Assembly: GCA_028718565.1 (NCBI GenBank)
Contig: JAQULO010000004.1
Location: 3,148-67,147 of the forward strand
Direction: 5' to 3'
DNA length: 64,000 bases
From: Syntrophales bacterium
GTDB lineage: Bacteria; Desulfobacterota; Syntrophia; Syntrophales; UBA2210
The notes beneath the pieces are model-generated. The model had not been told where the DNA came from and made no database searches. It was given only the letters and a program-made list of their open reading frames with translations. Positions 58,420 to 64,000 of this stretch are shown here, in pieces; within the stretch, counting starts at the first letter, position 1; each line of letters begins with the position of its first letter. A program made the translations under genes and the position numbers.

Positions 58420-60999
58420 ATGAAATTAAAGGGGTATATGGATAGACTCTTTTTTAGGAGCAGAGGATTGTATCACTGGATGAACATCATCTTCGCCCTC
58501 TTTTTCCTGGTACCCGTCGGCGGTTTTATCTTTTTCGGTCTCAAGTACGATATTATGCTGGACGAATACTATTCCGTGTTTTTTCTCTTCTTTCTGGTCT
58601 TTTCACTGCTCGGGTTTGTCATACTCCGCAGGATATTTGACAGGGTTGCAACCATAGCCAGAGAAATTTCGGAAAAGATCGCGTCTAATTTCCCGATCGA
58701 TCAACCGCAGAGAGGTCCGGACGATCTCAACAATATCTTGGAGACCTTCGGCACACTGGAGGGCCGATTCGGGGTGACGTTTGGACAACTGCAACAGAAG
58801 GTTTCGGAAATATCCGCCCTCAAAGAGCTTTCGGATCTCTGTTACGTTACCTTCGATCCCGAGGAAATACTGTATGTTACGCTGGAGAGGGCACTCAAGC
58901 TGGCAGGCGCGGATGTCGGGTCCGTCTTGATTCTGGAACGTCCTCACAGAAAGACTTTTGTCGTAAGGGCCACTATAGGCCTTGGAGAACATCTCAAATT
59001 GGGTGACAGGATAGATTTTGCGGACAGTATCGCCAAATATGCGGTTATCAACAAATCACCCCTTATCGTTGAGGATATTGAAACAGACAGTCGTTTTGGC
59101 AGGCAAAACCGCCTACAGTACGGGACAAAATCCTTTGTGTGCATGCCTATTAAGACGATGAGGGATATCGTGGGGGTGCTTACAATCTCCAGGAGAGATG
59201 CTGCCCCTTCCTTTACCAGAGAAGACGTGGAGATACTGGCCCCCCTTCTGGGCAACGCGGCGTTCACCTATGAAAATCTGCAACTCCTGGAGGAGAGGAA
59301 GGAGAGCTCCTCTCATCTTGACGCCATGCAGAAAGTTGTTCAGGTTATCAATTCAAGCCTCAGGGGGGCTGAACTTTTGCACGCTATCCTCGGTGAGATA
59401 CAATCGATTGTTTTGTTTGATCTTGCAATTATCCTGATGAAGGACGACATCAGGCCGAATGATATAAAGCTCCTTGATTTTATGGCTACCAGGCCTGTCC
59501 ACCTCTCAAAGGATGCCTATTATGCCTATCATGGATCGGTTTTTGACAGAGTCCTGAAGCAGGGGGTCACGCTGATCGTCGATGATACCTCTGCGCTTGT
59601 CCATGAGAGCGAGAAGGAATTTCTTGCCGGAAACCACTCCTGTGTCCTTGTTCCCCTGAAGATAGGCGGGAATGTCGGGGGAGTCATGGTCCTGTGCGCG
59701 GAGAATCCCGACCTCTTCTACAGATTACGCGAACTCATCGACAGGATGGCGGATGCCCTTTCCCTTGCAATAGAGAGAAACCGTCTCAGCGACTACGTCA
59801 TCAGACGGGATCAGGAGTTGGACACGCTGAAACAGATCGGAGGCGCCCTCGCGTCTTCCACGTTCGACATAAGCCAAGTCCTCAACTATACTATGGACAT
59901 GATCAGTACGGTTATGAGAGTGGAGGCCGGAGCCCTTCTCCTCATGCGTGAAGATGGCCTTGAGTTTACCGTTACCCTGCATATTGATATGGAGAAGTTG
60001 CAGGGACTCCGGATAAAAGTGGGGCAGGGCGTTGCCGGGTACGTCGCGGCCCGGGGGAATGCGGTTGTTGTGAACAATATGGCCCATTCTTCTCTTTTTT
60101 CCCCCGATGTGGATATGGCCACCGGTTTTCACACGAGGGCCATCCTCTGTGTTCCCATGATATCGGAGGGCAGGGTTACCGGGGTTATCGAGGTTCTCAA
60201 CAAGATGGAGGGCGACTTCGATTCCGGCGACAAACAACTGCTGCAATCCATCGCTTCTTCGGTCAGTGTGGCCATAGAAAACGCCAATCACTACAATGAA
60301 ACCGTATCCATGGCGGAGAATGAGCGAGAGGTACGTCGCATCTTTCAAAAGTTTGTTCCCAAAGAGGTTGTGGACAAGATTATCCACGGCGCCGAGGCAG
60401 GGCAACTGACGGTTGAAGAATTCAGGATGCTCACGCTTATCAATATCGACATAAGGGGATTTTCACTTCTTGCCCAGAAGATAGGGCCGCAGAAGACCGT
60501 CCTTATGCTCAACCGGTTCTTCTCCGTTATGGGAGAAATTGTTTTCAAAAACCACGGTATCGTTGACAAATATCTCGGCGACGGTTTTCTGGCGATATTC
60601 GGCGCCCCCATCTCCAGTACAGGGGATGCCGATAATGCCGTTGCCGCGGCGATTGGTATGAGAGAAGCCATCGCCGAGGTGAACGACTATTGGATCAAAG
60701 AGATAGGAGATCCGCTGGTTGTCGGCATCAGTGTTCATACGGGCGAAGTTGTCGTGGGGAATATAGGGTTTGACAAAAAAATGGATTATACTGTTATCGG
60801 CGATCCGGTCAACACCGTCTTCAGACTACAGGCGCTCACGAAATCGTATCCCAACAGCATCCTGATCAGTGAGGAAACTCTTCGCGCGGTCAAGACCAGC
60901 TTGGATGTGCGGAAGATAGACACACATAACGCCGCTTCGATCGGGACTTTAAAAATTTATGAACTCGCCGGGATGAAGGTGGCTAAGTCTGAGGGTTGA
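58420..60999 (+). CDS. Membrane-anchored multi-GAF class III adenylate/guanylate cyclase
   Basis: Two N-terminal TM segments are followed by three GAF-like modules. The C-terminal cyclase domain shows IDIRGFS, KYLGDGFLAIFGAP, HTGEVVVGNIG and GDPVNTVFRL. ATG at 58420. Confidence 0.85.
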   Translation: MKLKGYMDRLFFRSRGLYHWMNIIFALFFLVPVGGFIFFGLKYDIMLDEYYSVFFLFFLVFSLLGFVILRRIFDRVATIAREISEKIASNFPIDQPQRGPDDLNNILETFGTLEGRFGVTFGQLQQKVSEISALKELSDLCYVTFDPEEILYVTLERALKLAGADVGSVLILERPHRKTFVVRATIGLGEHLKLGDRIDFADSIAKYAVINKSPLIVEDIETDSRFGRQNRLQYGTKSFVCMPIKTMRDIVGVLTISRRDAAPSFTREDVEILAPLLGNAAFTYENLQLLEERKESSSHLDAMQKVVQVINSSLRGAELLHAILGEIQSIVLFDLAIILMKDDIRPNDIKLLDFMATRPVHLSKDAYYAYHGSVFDRVLKQGVTLIVDDTSALVHESEKEFLAGNHSCVLVPLKIGGNVGGVMVLCAENPDLFYRLRELIDRMADALSLAIERNRLSDYVIRRDQELDTLKQIGGALASSTFDISQVLNYTMDMISTVMRVEAGALLLMREDGLEFTVTLHIDMEKLQGLRIKVGQGVAGYVAARGNAVVVNNMAHSSLFSPDVDMATGFHTRAILCVPMISEGRVTGVIEVLNKMEGDFDSGDKQLLQSIASSVSVAIENANHYNETVSMAENEREVRRIFQKFVPKEVVDKIIHGAEAGQLTVEEFRMLTLINIDIRGFSLLAQKIGPQKTVLMLNRFFSVMGEIVFKNHGIVDKYLGDGFLAIFGAPISSTGDADNAVAAAIGMREAIAEVNDYWIKEIGDPLVVGISVHTGEVVVGNIGFDKKMDYTVIGDPVNTVFRLQALTKSYPNSILISEETLRAVKTSLDVRKIDTHNAASIGTLKIYELAGMKVAKSEG

Positions 61000-61025
61000 C
61001 GAGAACTCGGCTCCCGAAGACCTGA

Positions 61026-61808
61026 TCACTGGTCTCCGGGTCTCATCTTTTCCGTATAGGCGTAGGCATTGTGGTTGTGGATGCTCTCCATGTTCTCCGC
61101 TTCCACGCTGTACCAGGTGAAATTCGATGATTCGTTGAGTTTTTCCGCAACGGTTCTGACAACATCCTCGACGAACATCGGATTTTGATATGCCGTCTCC
61201 GTGACGTATTTTTCATCCGCCCTCTTGAGGAGCGAAAAGATTTCGCTGCTTGCCGATTCCTCCACCAGCCTGATGACGTCCTCTATCCAGAAAAATTTCT
61301 TAAATCTAAGATTGACCCGTACCACACTCCTCTGGTTGTGCGCTCCCATGTCGCTTATTTCCTTTGAACAGGGGCACGCCGTTGTGACCGGTACGGCGAT
61401 GCCGACGATAAACTCGCTCTTTTCACCGTTGCTTTCCCCGCGGAAGGAACACTCGTATTCCATGAGACTCTTGGCCTTCGAGACGGGTGCGGTCTTTTCT
61501 ATGAAGTATGGAAACCGTATCTCTATGTGGGAGGATTCGGCATTGAGTTTTTCTTTGATTCGCTGCAGGATCTTCCGGAAGGTATTGATGTTGATCTGGC
61601 CCCGGTACTCATTCAGTATCTCGATGAAACGGCTCATGTGCGTTCCCTTGAAACGATGGGGGAGATTGACGTACATATTGACGGTGGCATTGACATGCTG
61701 CGTCCCGTTTGCCTTGTCGAGGACGATAACGGGGTACTTGATCCCCTTCACCCCTACCTTCTGTATATCGATATTCCTGTGATCTTTCAGATTTTGTATG
61801 TCTACCAT
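61026..61808 (-). CDS. folE2: GTP cyclohydrolase I type 2 (FolE2/MptA family)
   Basis: IDIQKVGVKGIKYPV, GTHMSRF, TACPCSKEIS..GAHNQRS. Confidence 0.85.
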   Translation of the reverse strand: MVDIQNLKDHRNIDIQKVGVKGIKYPVIVLDKANGTQHVNATVNMYVNLPHRFKGTHMSRFIEILNEYRGQININTFRKILQRIKEKLNAESSHIEIRFPYFIEKTAPVSKAKSLMEYECSFRGESNGEKSEFIVGIAVPVTTACPCSKEISDMGAHNQRSVVRVNLRFKKFFWIEDVIRLVEESASSEIFSLLKRADEKYVTETAYQNPMFVEDVVRTVAEKLNESSNFTWYSVEAENMESIHNHNAYAYTEKMRPGDQ

Positions 61809-61826
61809 TCTTGTAAGCCTTTGTCC

Positions 61827-62207
61827 CTATGAACCACAGCGGCTTGTAGTATATGTCGCCTTTGAGCCTTCAGATTCCCATACCGCGACGCTGGATACAT
61901 TCAGCCCCAGCGGGGCCGCGTTCTTCTCCAGGTTGTCGTAGATGAATCGAGCAATATGTTCCGATGTGGGGCTGGTATCCCTGAACGGAGCACGGTCGTT
62001 GAGAAACGTGTGGTCCAGCTCTTCAAGGATTGCACTCACCCATTGCTTCAGAACCCGGAAATCCAGGACGAGGCCGTCTCCATTCAGCTCTTCGGATGCG
62101 ATGGTGGCCTCAACCTTGAAATTGTGTCCGTGGAGCTCCTCGCGCTCGCTCCCGATGTCCAGGGTATGCGCGGCTGAAAATGTTTTTTGTACGGTAATCT
62201 CATACAT
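61827..62207 (-). CDS. queD: 6-carboxy-5,6,7,8-tetrahydropterin synthase / 6-pyruvoyl-tetrahydropterin synthase family
   Basis: F.AAH.L......LHGHNF.VE, LDH.FLN; size 126 aa. Confidence 0.85.
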   Translation of the reverse strand: MYEITVQKTFSAAHTLDIGSEREELHGHNFKVEATIASEELNGDGLVLDFRVLKQWVSAILEELDHTFLNDRAPFRDTSPTSEHIARFIYDNLEKNAAPLGLNVSSVAVWESEGSKATYTTSRCGS

Positions 62208-62311
62208 GGTATCACATCCTTTACCAATCCAGAGGGTGTCCGGGGGATCTTGAAAAAATCAATTCAGTTTTCCCCTGGGGGTTCCCCTTCGTGCTTTCAG
62301 GGTGCCGAAGG

Positions 62312-62962
62312 TTACAGGTAGCTGGTTATATCCGGAGCCCTTTCGATAATCAGGTCCGCACCAGCCTGACGCAGGGAAACGGCTTCGGAACATCCCGTTA
62401 GCACGCCTACGGTATATACCCCCACATTTCTTCCCACGGTGATATCCATGGGGTGATCCCCCACCATCGCCGCGAAGTTGGGGTTCGTGTTCAGAGAGCC
62501 GAGTGCTGTTAGGAGGTGATCCGGGTGCGGTTTCACCCGCGCGGTACACTCCCGGGTGATGACGGCGTCACAGCGGGAATATATGTCGGGGAACAACCGT
62601 GTAACGGCCGCCCTGCAGTTCCGTGTCACGATCCCGGTCTTGATGTGTCGCCTTCTCAGTTCACGGAACATCTCCTCCGTGCCGGTAAGGAGGGTGCCCT
62701 CTTGTGCTCCCTCGGTCTCGATGGCGCTTATCAGCTCATGTGCCCTTGCGAAGAATTCGCCCTCCTTGCCCGGGCGGTTATCGGAGATGAGGTATTTCCC
62801 CGCCTCGATCATCTCTAACACGTACAGGTCTTCTATCGTGTTCGGTGGAGCGCAGTAATCGCCCATGAGATCCAGAACGGCCCTGCGCATCCGGATAAAG
62901 TCCACGTTCAGTTCGGCCAAGGTGCCGTCAAAATCAAAGAGGATGGCTTTCAGGGGTATCAC
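62312..62962 (-). CDS. HAD-superfamily hydrolase (phosphoglycolate phosphatase-like)
   Basis: Motif I AILFDFDGTLA, motif II TGIVTRN, motif IV MVGDHPMD. Confidence 0.8.
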   Translation of the reverse strand: MIPLKAILFDFDGTLAELNVDFIRMRRAVLDLMGDYCAPPNTIEDLYVLEMIEAGKYLISDNRPGKEGEFFARAHELISAIETEGAQEGTLLTGTEEMFRELRRRHIKTGIVTRNCRAAVTRLFPDIYSRCDAVITRECTARVKPHPDHLLTALGSLNTNPNFAAMVGDHPMDITVGRNVGVYTVGVLTGCSEAVSLRQAGADLIIERAPDITSYL

Positions 62963-64000
62963 GATGCATAATCCTTCAGGTATCTTTCTACCCTGTTGAT
63001 CCCCTCTTCTATGTTCTCCATCGAGGTTGCATATGAAAACCTGAGATACCCTTCACAGTTTTCCCCGAAGTCGACCCCAGGCGTGACGCCCACATGGGCT
63101 TTTTCAAGGATGTCAAAGGCTGTCTCGTATGAGTTTTCCGAAAAGGCCTTGATATTCCCCAGGATGTAAAACGCCCCCGTCGGCTCCACCGTAATTCCAA
63201 GCCCAATCTCGCGGAGGCGCCGTATGATGAATTTTCTCCGTTCGTTGAGGATATCTCTCATGCGTACAACATCCTCCCCCGCATCCCGGAGCGCTGCTAT
63301 CCCTCCCCACTGTGCGAAGGAGTTCGGAGATATGAAGAAGTTCTGCTGAATCTTCTGTATTGGGCGTATATACTCCTTCGGCGCAATGAGATATCCCAGT
63401 CTCCACCCGGTCATGGCGTAGGCCTTGGAGAATCCGTTCAGTACGAAGGCGTTATCGGTGAATTCAAGTATAGTGTGCTCCTGCCCTTCATAGACAAGGC
63501 CGTGGTATATCTCATCCGAGATGATGGGGATGTCATGTGACGCTACCTCCGCCATCCGTTCGCCGCTGAGGAGGTTGCCGGTTGGGTTGGATGGGGAATT
63601 GATCATGATCCCCTTTGTCCTGGGGGTTATCTTTTTCCTGATCCCTTCCGGTGTGTACTGGAAGCCGTCCTCTTCAAAAACGTTGACACGGGCCGGAACC
63701 CCTTCGAGGAAGCTGATGAAATTCGGATAGCACGCATAATGTGGGTCCGATATGATGATCTCATTCCCTCTTTCAATCAGTGCGGAGAAGAGCAGAAACA
63801 TGGCTGGGGAGGTGCCGGAGGTGACAATGACCCGGTCCGGCGAGATATCAACGCGGTATTTTGTGAAGTAGTGCTCACAGATCGCCTCTCTCAGCTCTAT
63901 CAGGCCAAGGCTGTGCGTGTAGTGCGTCTTCCCGTCTCTGATGGCCCTGATGCAGGCCTCGTTTATGCACTCGGGCGTATCGAAGTCCGGTTCGCCGACC
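62959..64000 (-). CDS. Class I/II pyridoxal-phosphate-dependent aminotransferase (5' end outside the window)
   Basis: NSPSNPTG, SKAYAMTGWRLGY (PLP lysine), R near the C-terminus. The frame stays open to position 64000 (GEPDFDTP...TSGTSPA upstream of the ORF-track Met). Confidence 0.85.
   Translation of the reverse strand, partial: VGEPDFDTPECINEACIRAIRDGKTHYTHSLGLIELREAICEHYFTKYRVDISPDRVIVTSGTSPAMFLLFSALIERGNEIIISDPHYACYPNFISFLEGVPARVNVFEEDGFQYTPEGIRKKITPRTKGIMINSPSNPTGNLLSGERMAEVASHDIPIISDEIYHGLVYEGQEHTILEFTDNAFVLNGFSKAYAMTGWRLGYLIAPKEYIRPIQKIQQNFFISPNSFAQWGGIAALRDAGEDVVRMRDILNERRKFIIRRLREIGLGITVEPTGAFYILGNIKAFSENSYETAFDILEKAHVGVTPGVDFGENCEGYLRFSYATSMENIEEGINRVERYLKDYAS

Overview
This 64 kb window looks like a gene-dense chromosomal segment from a moderately GC-rich bacterium, about mid-50s % GC by eye. 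All calls were made by eye from the ORF translations and the DNA; no database or HMM search was possible.

Several gene orders resemble Desulfobacterota (deltaproteobacteria-like) genomes: xseA-xseB-ispA-dxs-tlyA-ispH, tmk-holB-ricT-metG, dnaG-rpoD, ileS-lspA and rsmB-fmt. A TRAP transporter, a sigma-54 activator and a GAF-cyclase fit the same picture. The taxonomic placement is inference only.

Almost everything is housekeeping:
- four aminoacyl-tRNA synthetases (gltX, ileS, metG)
- histidine genes (hisI, hisG, hisB, hisA)
- isoprenoid genes (ispA, dxs, ispH)
- replication and transcription genes (dnaG, rpoD, holB, xseAB, a UvrD-like helicase)
- nucleotide metabolism (purE, hpt, adk, tmk)
- one tRNA-Val(CAC)
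- a minus-strand nucleotide-sugar operon (epimerase, gmd, fcl, uxs)

I see no CRISPR array, no intact mobile element, no prophage and no recognisable defence or toxin operon. I do not claim a new multi-gene system.

The observations worth a second look are local oddities:
1. A perfect 7-nt tandem repeat sits where the start codon of the first nucleotide-sugar gene should be. It is a candidate phase-variation switch.
2. rpoD has a strongly degenerate region 4.2.
3. IspH is fused to a UbiA-like membrane domain that lacks its first Asp-rich motif.
4. A low-GC sigma-54 activator with a very large helical N-terminus abuts an IS21 istB remnant.
5. A single open frame between adk and ileS stitches a helicase fragment to an ilvN C-terminal fragment.
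6. Several genes are decayed or frameshifted: a PNPOx-family gene, an ICMT-like methyltransferase and an SGNH hydrolase.
7. The 5' end of a CPBP protease gene is duplicated with a 90-nt period.
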